Assembly (NCBI GenBank): GCA_020343615.1
Contig: CP070803.1
Span: 628,166 to 692,165 of the forward strand
Length of the DNA: 64,000 bases
Origin: Candidatus Woesearchaeota archaeon
GTDB taxonomy: Archaea; Nanobdellota; Nanobdellia; UBA10117; GCA-020343615
Reading direction: 5' to 3'
The notes under the pieces were generated by a model that saw nothing but the letters and a program-made list of their open reading frames with translations, made no database searches and was not told the origin of the DNA. Shown here piece after piece: positions 1 to 9,018 of this stretch. Position 1 is the first letter of the stretch. Each line of letters starts with the position of its first letter. Both the position numbers and the translations under genes were made by a program.

Positions 1-1
1 T

Positions 2-763
2 AATAATTGGTTCTCTGCGCTTAGATCTTCATTAATAATAATTGGGCTAGCTCTTTCTATTAAAATAGCGGTTCAGAAGTATATATCTAGTAGAATTTCT
101 TGCCAGGTAGAATATAAAATATGGAAGTCTGGTTTAATTTTAGCTTTAATAACTACAATAGCGTCTTTAGGATATATAATCTGGGCAGCTCCTGGAGCTG
201 TTAGGATAATTAATAAAACTCGCTTTAGAATTGGAAAGGCGAAGGATGAAATACATCCTGGTCCACGTGATCATGCTTTAATTGCTGTTGCTGGGGTATT
301 TGTTTTTTTTATTTTTGCATTAATAGGTAAAATTCTTCTTTCTACGGGAGATAGTATTTTTGGAGATAAATTATTGTTTATAGGGAGCTATCTTGCGATA
401 TTTAATCTAATACCTTTTGTGTATCCTCATAACACAGTTCCACCAGTAATAGCGAAGGGAAACCTTCCTACTTTAGAAGGTGTATTAATCTTTTTTGGAT
501 CTAGGTCAATATGGGCTTTCTCTTTTTCATTCATATTAATAAGTGTCTTGGGTTTTCTATTCTTAGGAACTGGTGCTTCTCTTATTATAGCAATTGTTGG
601 TAGCATTCTTTTATTCCTCTTATGGTATTATTACGTAGAACCTTGGGGCATTGCTTCTCCAACAAGTGATAGATTTTATAGAGACTATTATGATACATTT
701 TCAAAAAAACCACGAGATATGGGTAAGTGGAAGTGGCAAAGTAAACACGAAAAATACAAATGA
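2..763 (+). CDS. M50 (site-2 protease)-like membrane protein, 5'-truncated, catalytic motifs degenerate
   Basis: Frame is open from the window start (NNWFSALRSS...); AAPGAV, IAVAG and FNLIP...LEG segments match archaeal M50 family layout; multiple TM stretches. Confidence 0.6.
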   Translation, partial: NNWFSALRSSLIIIGLALSIKIAVQKYISSRISCQVEYKIWKSGLILALITTIASLGYIIWAAPGAVRIINKTRFRIGKAKDEIHPGPRDHALIAVAGVFVFFIFALIGKILLSTGDSIFGDKLLFIGSYLAIFNLIPFVYPHNTVPPVIAKGNLPTLEGVLIFFGSRSIWAFSFSFILISVLGFLFLGTGASLIIAIVGSILLFLLWYYYVEPWGIASPTSDRFYRDYYDTFSKKPRDMGKWKWQSKHEKYK

Positions 764-2319
764 GATTCCTTAAAGAAAAATTAAATTTAAGATTATACCA
801 ACAGACTATTCTAAATACTGCACTAAAGGAAAGCACGTTATGTGTTATTCCTACTGGTTTGGGTAAAACTTACATAGCTATAGCCTTGTCAGGTTTAAGA
901 TTAAAAACCCATCCTGAATCTAAAATTTTATTTCTTGCTCCTACTAAACCTTTGGTAGATCAACATAAAAAAACATTTTCTAAATTTTTTGAAGCTGATG
1001 GTAAAGAGATGATTATTTTTACTGGAGAAGTTCTTCCATCTATAAGAAAAAAGCAGTTTAAAGAGGCTAAAATAATTTTTTCCACACCTCAATGTATTAG
1101 AAATGATCTAGAGTGTAAAAGAATCTCTCTCAAAGATATAAGTTTGTTAATTGTTGATGAAGCGCATAGATCTGTTGGGGATTATGCTTATGTATACGTA
1201 GCGAGAGTTTACAAAGACCAAGCTGATAACTTTAGACTTCTTGCATTAACTGCTTCGCCTGGATCTAGTGAAGTAAAAATATCTGAAATATGTAATAATT
1301 TATTTGTAACTGCTCTAGAAGTAAGAGGTAGGGACCATAGTGAAGTTAAAGAATACATCCAACCCTTAACTTCTGAGTATAAATTTGTTGAACTTCCAGA
1401 GTATATGATTAAAATAAAGAAGTTCTTAGAAATTGCAATTAATGAGAGGTTGAGTTACTTGCATAGGAGGAAACTTATTCGTGTTTCAAAGGTTGATAGA
1501 GTAAGAAAAAAGGATTTAATTAGACTACAATTAATGCTACAAAAAAGATTAGCTAAAAAAGATTTTACAATAGCAAAGGCTGCTTCTGATTGTGCTTTTC
1601 TATTGAAGACATTTCATGCTTTGAGGTTATTAGAATCTGAATCTCTTGCTGCTTTTGATAAGTATATGGATAGGTTATGGAAAGATGCTAAAGAAAATAA
1701 AACTCGTGCCGTACAGAATATGGTTAAGGATAAGAATATAGAACAAGCTAAGATTCTAACTAAAAAAGAATTAGAAAAAAATCACGACCATCCTAAGCTA
1801 CCTCTACTTAGAAAAATTGTAGAAGAACAAGTTGGTATAAATAAATATTCTAAGATTCTTATATTTACAGAATTTCGTGATAATATTTCTAAATTAGTTG
1901 AAACCTTGGAAGACGTTAAACTTTGTAGTGTAGAGGAATTTATAGGTCAAGCTTCAAAATCAACCAAGGGTATGTCTCAAAAGCAACAGGTTGAAGTATT
2001 GGAAAGATTCAAGGGAGGATATATTACCTGTCTAATTGCTACAGCTGTGGCTGAAGAAGGTATCGATGTTCCTGATGTGGATCTTGTAATATTTTATACG
2101 CCTGTGCCTTCTGCTATTAGGTCTATTCAGAGAAAGGGTAGAACTGCAAGAAAAAAGGAGGGAAAATTAATTATATTGATAACTAAAAATACAAGAGATG
2201 AAGCTATCTTTTGGATATCTAAGAGAAGAGAAAAAGGTATGGACTTAGCAACTAAGAAGATATCTGAAAGAAAAATAAAGGGACAAAAAAGACTAGATTA
2301 TTATGAAAATAATAGTTGA
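760..2319 (+). CDS. hef: Hef/FANCM (Mph1)-like SF2 helicase, stand-alone
   Basis: PTGLGKT, PTKPLVDQH, DEAH, TASPG, QRKGRTAR motifs; C-terminal PIP-like QKRLDYY. Confidence 0.9.
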   Translation: MRFLKEKLNLRLYQQTILNTALKESTLCVIPTGLGKTYIAIALSGLRLKTHPESKILFLAPTKPLVDQHKKTFSKFFEADGKEMIIFTGEVLPSIRKKQFKEAKIIFSTPQCIRNDLECKRISLKDISLLIVDEAHRSVGDYAYVYVARVYKDQADNFRLLALTASPGSSEVKISEICNNLFVTALEVRGRDHSEVKEYIQPLTSEYKFVELPEYMIKIKKFLEIAINERLSYLHRRKLIRVSKVDRVRKKDLIRLQLMLQKRLAKKDFTIAKAASDCAFLLKTFHALRLLESESLAAFDKYMDRLWKDAKENKTRAVQNMVKDKNIEQAKILTKKELEKNHDHPKLPLLRKIVEEQVGINKYSKILIFTEFRDNISKLVETLEDVKLCSVEEFIGQASKSTKGMSQKQQVEVLERFKGGYITCLIATAVAEEGIDVPDVDLVIFYTPVPSAIRSIQRKGRTARKKEGKLIILITKNTRDEAIFWISKRREKGMDLATKKISERKIKGQKRLDYYENNS

Positions 2320-2932
2320 TTTTCAGGAAAGTAGGAATTGCTTGATTGAATATCTTAAAGAAGAGTTAGAGGTAGAAATAAAAAAACTAAAAGTTGGTGA
2401 CTTTATAATTTCTAAAGATGTTGTTGTTGAGAGAAAAACAGTTGGTGACTTTATTAATTCTTTAATTGATAGACGATTGTTTAAGCAAGCTGACAATATG
2501 CAAAAGAATTATCCTTGTCCTATTTTCATTATTGAGGGGGATATTGAAGATATGTTTGCTAGAAATATATCTGAAAAGGCGATATGGTCTGCAATTATTT
2601 CTTTAATGTTAAAAAACAATGTTAAGTTTCTTTTTACAAAATCATTTAAGGAAACTGCTCAAGTTATATGTATTCTTGCTAAGAAAGAGCAGGTTGATGA
2701 TAATAAAGAGCTTGCTTTAAGATGTAAAACAAATAAAATGAGTTTGAAAGAAAAACAACAGTTCTTTGTTGAAGGTTTACCTGGGGTTGGCCCTAAATTA
2801 GCTAAGAATTTACTTAAGAAGTTTAAGTCTCCAGAAGGCGTTATAAACGCTGATGAATCTGAGCTTAAGAAAATAGACAAGTTGGGCCCTAAAAAAGCAG
2901 AATCAATAAAAAAATTATTAAGAACAGTATAG
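2303..2932 (+). CDS. ERCC4/XPF structure-specific nuclease with tandem HhH
   Basis: GDF..VERKTVGD (ERKxxxD) motif; LPGVGPK and IDKLGPKKA HhH repeats. Confidence 0.9.
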   Translation: MKIIVDFQESRNCLIEYLKEELEVEIKKLKVGDFIISKDVVVERKTVGDFINSLIDRRLFKQADNMQKNYPCPIFIIEGDIEDMFARNISEKAIWSAIISLMLKNNVKFLFTKSFKETAQVICILAKKEQVDDNKELALRCKTNKMSLKEKQQFFVEGLPGVGPKLAKNLLKKFKSPEGVINADESELKKIDKLGPKKAESIKKLLRTV

Positions 2933-2944
2933 TAAAAATAGAAA

Positions 2945-3304
2945 ATGAAAGAAATTTATTTAAAAATAATAATAATTGCTATGTTATTTTTAGGTGAGTC
3001 TTTAGCAATATTCGCTGAGATGACTGCTGCTAAAACTTATTCAATCTCTGACAAGCCTGCACTTCATATTTTTTTATTAATGTTAATTGTAATTTTACTT
3101 GCTGAAGCATTTTTGATTTTAGGCTATATGTTTGGATTTAGTACTTTCAAAAATATTTGGGTTATAAGCGTTGCATCTATAACTTCAATCTTGATAATGG
3201 AACCAATTTTAGCATACACTTTTTTTAATCAATTACCAACAAAAGGAGCAGTAGTTGGTTTCGTATTAGGTGTACTTGGATTTATCTCTGCTATGACTTA
3301 TTGA
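2945..3304 (+). CDS. small 4-TM membrane protein (DMT/SMR-like)
   Basis: Four hydrophobic segments, membrane Glu, EP and G..LG..G pattern. Confidence 0.5.
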   Translation: MKEIYLKIIIIAMLFLGESLAIFAEMTAAKTYSISDKPALHIFLLMLIVILLAEAFLILGYMFGFSTFKNIWVISVASITSILIMEPILAYTFFNQLPTKGAVVGFVLGVLGFISAMTY

Positions 3305-3362
3305 TATAGTTATAGTCTGTCATAGAATAAGATTTATAAGATTTTACTACAATATTATTTTA

Positions 3363-3656
3363 ATGGATGTTAAAAAAGATGCTCAAGAATTAAATTATGA
3401 TTCTATTCTCTTCAATATAATATATAACAAAAATAAATGTAAATTATTATTTTTTATTTATAATGACAAGAATAACGCGGCAATTACTGTTGACCAAATA
3501 AAAAAACATTGCGATGGAGATTCCATTTCAGCTTTGGAAGAAATGGTTAAGGAAGGAATATTAGTGTCTGGTTTTAGGAGAAAAATAGGCCAAACAACTA
3601 AAACATATGGTATTGAAGATAATTTCTATAAATTCTTTAAGGACTTTGTTAAATAA
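3363..3656 (+). CDS. hypothetical protein, possible winged HTH
   Basis: ALEEMVKEGILVS...TKTYGI pattern; TATA-like tttataag upstream. Confidence 0.4.
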   Translation: MDVKKDAQELNYDSILFNIIYNKNKCKLLFFIYNDKNNAAITVDQIKKHCDGDSISALEEMVKEGILVSGFRRKIGQTTKTYGIEDNFYKFFKDFVK

Positions 3657-4386
3657 ACATGTATTTCCAAAAATTAAATTGTGTTGATATTTCTGGGAAT
3701 CCTTTATATATCAAAAAATATGCTATTAAAATAAAAACTGTTGAAATCATCACAAGAACTATAAAGAAATCAAAAGGGTACTCTCTTACTATAATTTTTA
3801 ATTTTCTTTGCTTATTTATATGATGTAAACTTACTAAAGGTATAAAGATTATGGCTGCTATTAAACCGAAGATTGATGTATGCCCTTCTATCATTGCGGT
3901 AGCTAAACCTATTCCGTGGAACATTGCAGCAAATAACAATACACTTATGTTTTTGAAATCCAATTGTAACGTAAATGGTCTTCTTGCTTGTATTAGAGAA
4001 CCTCCAAGCATAAGACCAAATAATCCTAAATACATTGTTACGTGTCCAAGAATTTCATCATAAAAGTAAGCATATTCCTTTGCGAGTGAAACTCCTTCTC
4101 CAAAATAATAGGCTATATGATTTGCTGCGCCATGCATGCCAATTCCTATATAGAATAAAACAAAACTTAACAATAAGATAGCTGGTGTTATTTTTATTAG
4201 TGTTTGTGGAAAGTCTTTGATAGTTTTATGTGATGTTAATTCCTTATAAATTAAATAAAATATAATTGCACTAAAAAGAGGCATAAATAAACTTTCAGAG
4301 TAATGGAAGAATAAATTCAAAAGGAGTATGATGGTTGCTCCGAAACTCCATATTGCTATAAGTTTTGTTAGCTTTTGTATCTTCAT
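3649..4386 (-). CDS. hypothetical multi-pass membrane protein
   Basis: About 7 TM segments; membrane His/Glu residues (GMHGAANH, DEILGH). Confidence 0.55.
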   Translation of the reverse strand: MKIQKLTKLIAIWSFGATIILLLNLFFHYSESLFMPLFSAIIFYLIYKELTSHKTIKDFPQTLIKITPAILLLSFVLFYIGIGMHGAANHIAYYFGEGVSLAKEYAYFYDEILGHVTMYLGLFGLMLGGSLIQARRPFTLQLDFKNISVLLFAAMFHGIGLATAMIEGHTSIFGLIAAIIFIPLVSLHHINKQRKLKIIVREYPFDFFIVLVMISTVFILIAYFLIYKGFPEISTQFNFWKYMFI

Positions 4387-4418
4387 AAATAATAATTAAT
4401 AATTCATAATTATTAAAT

Positions 4419-4841
4419 TTATTCTAATGTTTTTAAGAATTCAAATACTTTAGGATGTAAGGATGTTGTAAAATAATTAGTAACTTCTGTTGGTTTTACC
4501 CACTTAACCTCTACAAACTTACCTTGTGCCTTTGCTTCTCTTCCTTCTACCTTGCATAAATAATATATTAATAAGAACTCTTTTTTCTCTGGCATAATTC
4601 TGGCGAAGATTAATTTTTTTACATCAACATCTAAATTAGTTTTTATTTTTACTTGTTGTTTAAGATACTCCTCAAGATCCTTTTCATATTCTGGCCTTCC
4701 TCCAGGGAAGCACCATGTTAATTGAGGGAGTTGTTCATCATTTTCTCTTCTCCCAATTAGAATTTTCTTTGTATCGGGATCATAGACTATCCCCAAGACA
4801 TTCACTAAGAAAATTCCCTTATCAAAACTATTCCAATCCAT
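4419..4841 (-). CDS. NUDIX-fold protein with degenerate Nudix box
   Basis: KILIGRR...WCFPGGRPE fold signature; REUXEEXG replaced by QQVKIKTN. Confidence 0.7.
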   Translation of the reverse strand: MDWNSFDKGIFLVNVLGIVYDPDTKKILIGRRENDEQLPQLTWCFPGGRPEYEKDLEEYLKQQVKIKTNLDVDVKKLIFARIMPEKKEFLLIYYLCKVEGREAKAQGKFVEVKWVKPTEVTNYFTTSLHPKVFEFLKTLE

Positions 4842-4848
4842 TTTCTAA

Positions 4849-5073
4849 TTATTTTTTTCTAGATTGTCTGCTAGCTTTAACTAGCATATCTGGAGCTCTT
4901 TCTAAAGCATATTGATAAGCTAGGTCTTCAAAGCCTGCTTCTAAGAAAATATTAACTAGATTACGAGCTGCTTCATCTTCTTTTTCAGCTCTTTGTTTAC
5001 GCATGTAAAGCTTTTTTCTTTCCTTTACATACTTTCTTTGATTATATTTTTTCATGTATTCCTTTTTTCCCAT
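4849..5073 (-). CDS. small basic hypothetical protein
   Basis: 74-aa ORF, Lys/Arg-rich N-terminus, co-oriented with the NUDIX gene. Confidence 0.5.
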   Translation of the reverse strand: MGKKEYMKKYNQRKYVKERKKLYMRKQRAEKEDEAARNLVNIFLEAGFEDLAYQYALERAPDMLVKASRQSRKK

Positions 5074-5079
5074 AGCTAA

Positions 5080-5098
5080 TTTCCAAAGGAAATAGAGG
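5080..5098 (+). promoter_or_regulatory. ORB-like (Orc1/Cdc6-binding) site outside the origin
   Basis: TTTCCAAAGGAAATAGAGG vs CTCCAAAGGAAATAAAGG at 8942-8959 (minus strand). Confidence 0.5.
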
Positions 5099-5117
5099 TT
5101 TAAAAATGTTGTTGTGT

Positions 5118-5744
5118 TTAAATAGCTTTTAAATATTTAGTGACAATATCTACAAATCTACGGTTTATTGATATCTTTGGGTATTTATAGATGAATTTAT
5201 TATCATAGTATACTGCTGTCCCTTTTCCTTTCATGCCCTCAATAGAATACACTATTTTGGCTGAATCCTTAGACTTTCCTGTTACATAACTTAACATACT
5301 CTCTATTAACCTATATTCTAGATTAGTCTCAAGTTTAGGGATAGTTTGCTCTTTACTTTCGAGTAGCGAGTCAATTGTTTCATTATCTATTTTTTTATCT
5401 AAAATAACGTTTAGCTCGTATGCGAGTAGTCCCTCCTTACCAAGTCCCTCCTTACCATGCATGTAGATATTAAAAAAGGAGTCTACTCCTTGTGGAAATT
5501 TGTATTTTTCTGTATCAAATTTAAAATCTGAATAATTTAGCTCCCTGTGTTGAGAATTAAAGCTAGCAGAGTTAGATGTAACAAGCGGTGTAATTACTTC
5601 AATTAATATGCCTTGTTTGTTTAGGTTGTGGATAATTACTATTTCTGTTAGCTTTCTTACTCCATCAATAACTTTAGATTTGAAGACTCTAGGATCTAAA
5701 TGTATTTTATTTGATAGAATAATGTAGGGTTTTATATCTACCAT
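5118..5744 (-). CDS. hypothetical protein (paralog of 5795-6361)
   Basis: Shared blocks PYIxLSNK, ExxYxDxKFD, DSxFNxY, YExxxxL, IxxRxxxxxxxYL. Confidence 0.6.
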   Translation of the reverse strand: MVDIKPYIILSNKIHLDPRVFKSKVIDGVRKLTEIVIIHNLNKQGILIEVITPLVTSNSASFNSQHRELNYSDFKFDTEKYKFPQGVDSFFNIYMHGKEGLGKEGLLAYELNVILDKKIDNETIDSLLESKEQTIPKLETNLEYRLIESMLSYVTGKSKDSAKIVYSIEGMKGKGTAVYYDNKFIYKYPKISINRRFVDIVTKYLKAI

Positions 5745-5750
5745 GATTGT

Positions 5751-6408
5751 TTTAATAAATGGTAAAATTAAAAAGAGTTTCTATTCAAATTGTTCTATTC
5801 TAAATATCCTTTAATTACTTCAATAACTCTTTTGTCTATTGGGATTTCATCCCCTCGAAAGAAAAGTTCTTTACCTGTAAAAAATAATTCATTGCTATCT
5901 CCAAATTTTACTAGATGATGTTGAGTTATTAGTGTGGGTTTTTTACGTTTCACTATAGATGTTAGTACATTTGCAAGACTATAGGTAATGCTAGAGAGAA
6001 CCTCTTCTTCATCATTGAGTACAGACTCTAAATAAGGTTGTGAAATCTCTTCTTTCAATTTAATATCTATCTCGTAATAATTAAGATCATCTTTGTTGAG
6101 GACATAGGTATTAAAAATTGAATCTATCTTATCTGGAAGGGGGTTCTTATCTTTGTCAAATTTTAAATCTTTATAAGATATTTCATCTAAAGATATGCTC
6201 GCTTTAGTATGCTGTCTATAGGGGCTACTACATTTTATTTTATTTTTTGTTATGTTCTTATTTGTAAGAGTAATAACTAAGAAGATATCTTCTCTATTTG
6301 ATTTTATCTCCTCGAAACATAGTTTATTTGATAGTTGTATATACGGAACAATACTACTCATTTTATACTTTAATAAGTAGTAAAAAATAAAAGAGTTTCT
6401 ATTCAAAA
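5751..6408 (-). repeat. duplicated ~40-bp promoter region upstream of both paralogs (5751-5790 and 6369-6408)
   Basis: Identical 19-bp core aaaagagtttctattcaaa at 5771-5789 and 6389-6407 with similar flanks. Confidence 0.7.
5795..6361 (-). CDS. hypothetical protein (paralog of 5118-5744)
   Basis: Start refined to ATG 6361 (MSSIVPY) by alignment with the paralog. Confidence 0.6.
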   Translation of the reverse strand: MSSIVPYIQLSNKLCFEEIKSNREDIFLVITLTNKNITKNKIKCSSPYRQHTKASISLDEISYKDLKFDKDKNPLPDKIDSIFNTYVLNKDDLNYYEIDIKLKEEISQPYLESVLNDEEEVLSSITYSLANVLTSIVKRKKPTLITQHHLVKFGDSNELFFTGKELFFRGDEIPIDKRVIEVIKGYLE

Positions 6409-7742
6409 TGCATTACTGTTGTTTTTCCTGTTTTTAGATTTAAAAAAGGAACTCTTCCAGGTTCAGCATGCAAACCATGTTTGTCTTGGAAAGATGTATT
6501 TTTCTGCCAACAGCCAGCTGCAATTATAGTAACTCCTCTGTATTGTGAAACTTTAGACTTATGGATGTGTCCTGTAACAACCATATCTGGGATTGGATCT
6601 ATAATTAAAGGATCATATCTCATTGGTAAAGATAGTGTAGAAAGATGTGATGGCGCTAAGTGTCTTCTTTTTAATAAAAATTTAATTAAAGCATCTGGGG
6701 CATCGTACCCTCCTTCTTCAATTAAACCTTCAACATTGTTTATATAATAATCAAAACTATAGCCATGATACATTAAAATATCCAATCCTTCAAAACCATT
6801 TACATTATGAATATTTACATATGCGGGATTGCTTACATGTATTATATTTGGTAATTCATAAAGAGGTTTTGCTATTTCTTCCGGTAGAGGTGGTTGGGGT
6901 TCAGCTATCCTTAATGAATCATGATTTCCTGGGCATATAATTACATACTTATCTTTAGGTATTTTACTTAAATACTCTGCTGCTACTCTGTATTGTTCGT
7001 ATATGTCATCGATCTCTAATTCTTTCTGCTGACCAGGATATATACCTATACCATCTACTATATCCCCAACTAAGAAAATATACTTTGTTTTTTTAGCTAT
7101 CTCTTTTTGAGAAGGTGTACCAACTTCTCCTCTTAATAATTTGATAAAGTATTCTAATTTATCTCCTAAAAAAGTATTAGAGCCAACATGTAAGTCTCCT
7201 GTAAATGCTGCATAAACTTCCTCTTTAGCAAACTTCTTTTTATTGTTAATTACAACATCAGGTTGTATTATTTCATTAACAAAGAAAACACCTCTGGATG
7301 GGCTTCCTCTAACACCTAAAACTTCGTCTAAAGCTAGATATTTTGCTTCTTCTACTAGCTCTGAATCCTTTGAAATAATCCCTTTTATTTCACCAGAGGG
7401 ATCTTCTAGTAGTAGAGATATGGTTCCAGTTGAGAATCTTTGTATATCTTTTATAATCGCTATAATTGTACTCTTTTCACCATAGGAAGATAATTTGGAT
7501 ATTGATATTGGTGACTCTACGCCGGGTCTGTTTATCAAAAGATTCTTTATTTGTTCATACCGGCTTCTGAAATAAACGACAAAATCCTCAACTTTAATTT
7601 GTTTGGGTTCATATTCATATGATCTTATAATTGATACTTTAGATCCGTCAAACTCTATCTCTTTTTGATAATCGTGTATTTCTTTAGCTATAGGTAGCTT
7701 TCCCTCTTTCAAAAACTGATTAACTAGTTCTGTCTTGTTCAT
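6399..7742 (-). CDS. polB: DNA polymerase D small subunit DP1 (3'-5' exonuclease)
   Basis: OB fold + calcineurin-like motifs GDLHVG, GDIVDG, PGNHD, YHG, GHIH. Confidence 0.95.
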   Translation of the reverse strand: MNKTELVNQFLKEGKLPIAKEIHDYQKEIEFDGSKVSIIRSYEYEPKQIKVEDFVVYFRSRYEQIKNLLINRPGVESPISISKLSSYGEKSTIIAIIKDIQRFSTGTISLLLEDPSGEIKGIISKDSELVEEAKYLALDEVLGVRGSPSRGVFFVNEIIQPDVVINNKKKFAKEEVYAAFTGDLHVGSNTFLGDKLEYFIKLLRGEVGTPSQKEIAKKTKYIFLVGDIVDGIGIYPGQQKELEIDDIYEQYRVAAEYLSKIPKDKYVIICPGNHDSLRIAEPQPPLPEEIAKPLYELPNIIHVSNPAYVNIHNVNGFEGLDILMYHGYSFDYYINNVEGLIEEGGYDAPDALIKFLLKRRHLAPSHLSTLSLPMRYDPLIIDPIPDMVVTGHIHKSKVSQYRGVTIIAAGCWQKNTSFQDKHGLHAEPGRVPFLNLKTGKTTVMHFE

Positions 7743-7839
7743 GGTAAATATGTCAATTTTTCCCTTTTTAAGTTATTATATTATTAAGTATATTTTCAAT
7801 ACAGAAAAAAATTAATAAGTTTAATTGTTAGGAATATGT

Positions 7840-8157
7840 ATGGCTCAACGCGGCAGGAAGGCTGGAAGTTTGATAAGAGATCGGCTTGTTGAATTATTAT
7901 ATTATTTAAAAAAGGGGTATGGTTATGATATTTACAAGTATTATGTAAAAATCTGGGGCAAAGTAACTCTTAGATCTATTTATTATCATTTAAGAAAGGG
8001 TGTTGAATTAGAAGTCTTCAAAATAAAAAAAGTAGAGGAAGTAAAAGGAGATTATTCTTGGGGTTTGAAAGCTAAAAGAATTATTTATGAGTTAGGATCT
8101 AATGCTAATCCTACTAAAGATGTAAAAATTAAAAAGAAAATTGAAAAATTATTATAA
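7840..8157 (+). CDS. winged-HTH hypothetical protein next to the origin
   Basis: GYGYDIYK...TLRSIYYHLRKG...IIYEL PadR-like wHTH pattern; start refined to MAQRGRK. Confidence 0.6.
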   Translation: MAQRGRKAGSLIRDRLVELLYYLKKGYGYDIYKYYVKIWGKVTLRSIYYHLRKGVELEVFKIKKVEEVKGDYSWGLKAKRIIYELGSNANPTKDVKIKKKIEKLL

Positions 8158-8616
8158 ATTAACTCTCAGTTTATTTTGTATGGGGAAATTTTTAACATAC
8201 ATTTTGACTTTTTGAAGATATACTTCGAGTCCTTTTGTTTCTTTTTTACATATCTCTTTTACTGCGGATTTTGCTTGTTCTTCATGGATTTCATAATTAT
8301 CTATGATAGAGACAATATCATCTGAATTTAGATCTAAAATTTGATAAGTGTACGCACTAGAACAAGTTCCCCACAATCCATACGGTTCTGTTTTACTAAG
8401 ATTAACATTAAGTCCTACATACGGATCTAAATTTATAACTTCATGCATCTTATCAAATTCTTTTATAAGTCCTGCAAGTAAAAAATTATGTTTAATCGCT
8501 TTTGGATATCCGAGGTGTTGTGAATAAAGTACATATAATTTTAAATCTCTATCTTCTTGATATTTTTTCCATATCTCATCTGTTGTCAAACTTTTTATGT
8601 TATTCATGTTATTCAT
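8152..8616 (-). CDS. hypothetical protein
   Basis: 154-aa ORF, no recognisable motif. Confidence 0.4.
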   Translation of the reverse strand: MNNMNNIKSLTTDEIWKKYQEDRDLKLYVLYSQHLGYPKAIKHNFLLAGLIKEFDKMHEVINLDPYVGLNVNLSKTEPYGLWGTCSSAYTYQILDLNSDDIVSIIDNYEIHEEQAKSAVKEICKKETKGLEVYLQKVKMYVKNFPIQNKLRVNL

Positions 8617-8619
8617 TAA

Positions 8620-9000
8620 AGATAAAAAAACTTAAGTAATTTTAGTCTTTAGATCTACTGCCCCTCTGACACCTATATTTCCAGTGGAACTTATGGAAAA
8701 ATAAAATTCGCTGAATTTTAACTACCTATACCCCTTTAGTTCAATTGGAACACTTCTAAAATTTAGTTTAATTTCCTTTGGAAAATAGTAGTAGTATAGT
8801 AGCATATATAACATATATATTATATATTTATTTTCAATATAGTAAATAAATAAAAATAAATAAAGACCGAGCTAATTTTTTAATAAATATTTTCCATAAG
8901 AAATGTTGGTGTTAGGTAGGATAATATAATTTTTAAATTAACCTTTATTTCCTTTGGAGTAATTATAACATGAATCATATAAAAGTTTAAAAAACCTTTA
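8620..9000. other. archaeal replication origin (oriC) with ORBs and AT-rich DUE
   Basis: Minus-strand ORBs GTTCCACTGGAAATATAGG (to 8690), GTTCCAATTGAACTAAAGGGG (8731-8751), mini-ORB 8772-8785, CTCCAAAGGAAATAAAGG (8942-8959); inverted ORB-like 8891-8912; AT-rich 8800-8890; directly upstream of cdc6. Confidence 0.85.
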
Positions 9001-9018
9001 CTTCTTGTGGAATTTAAA

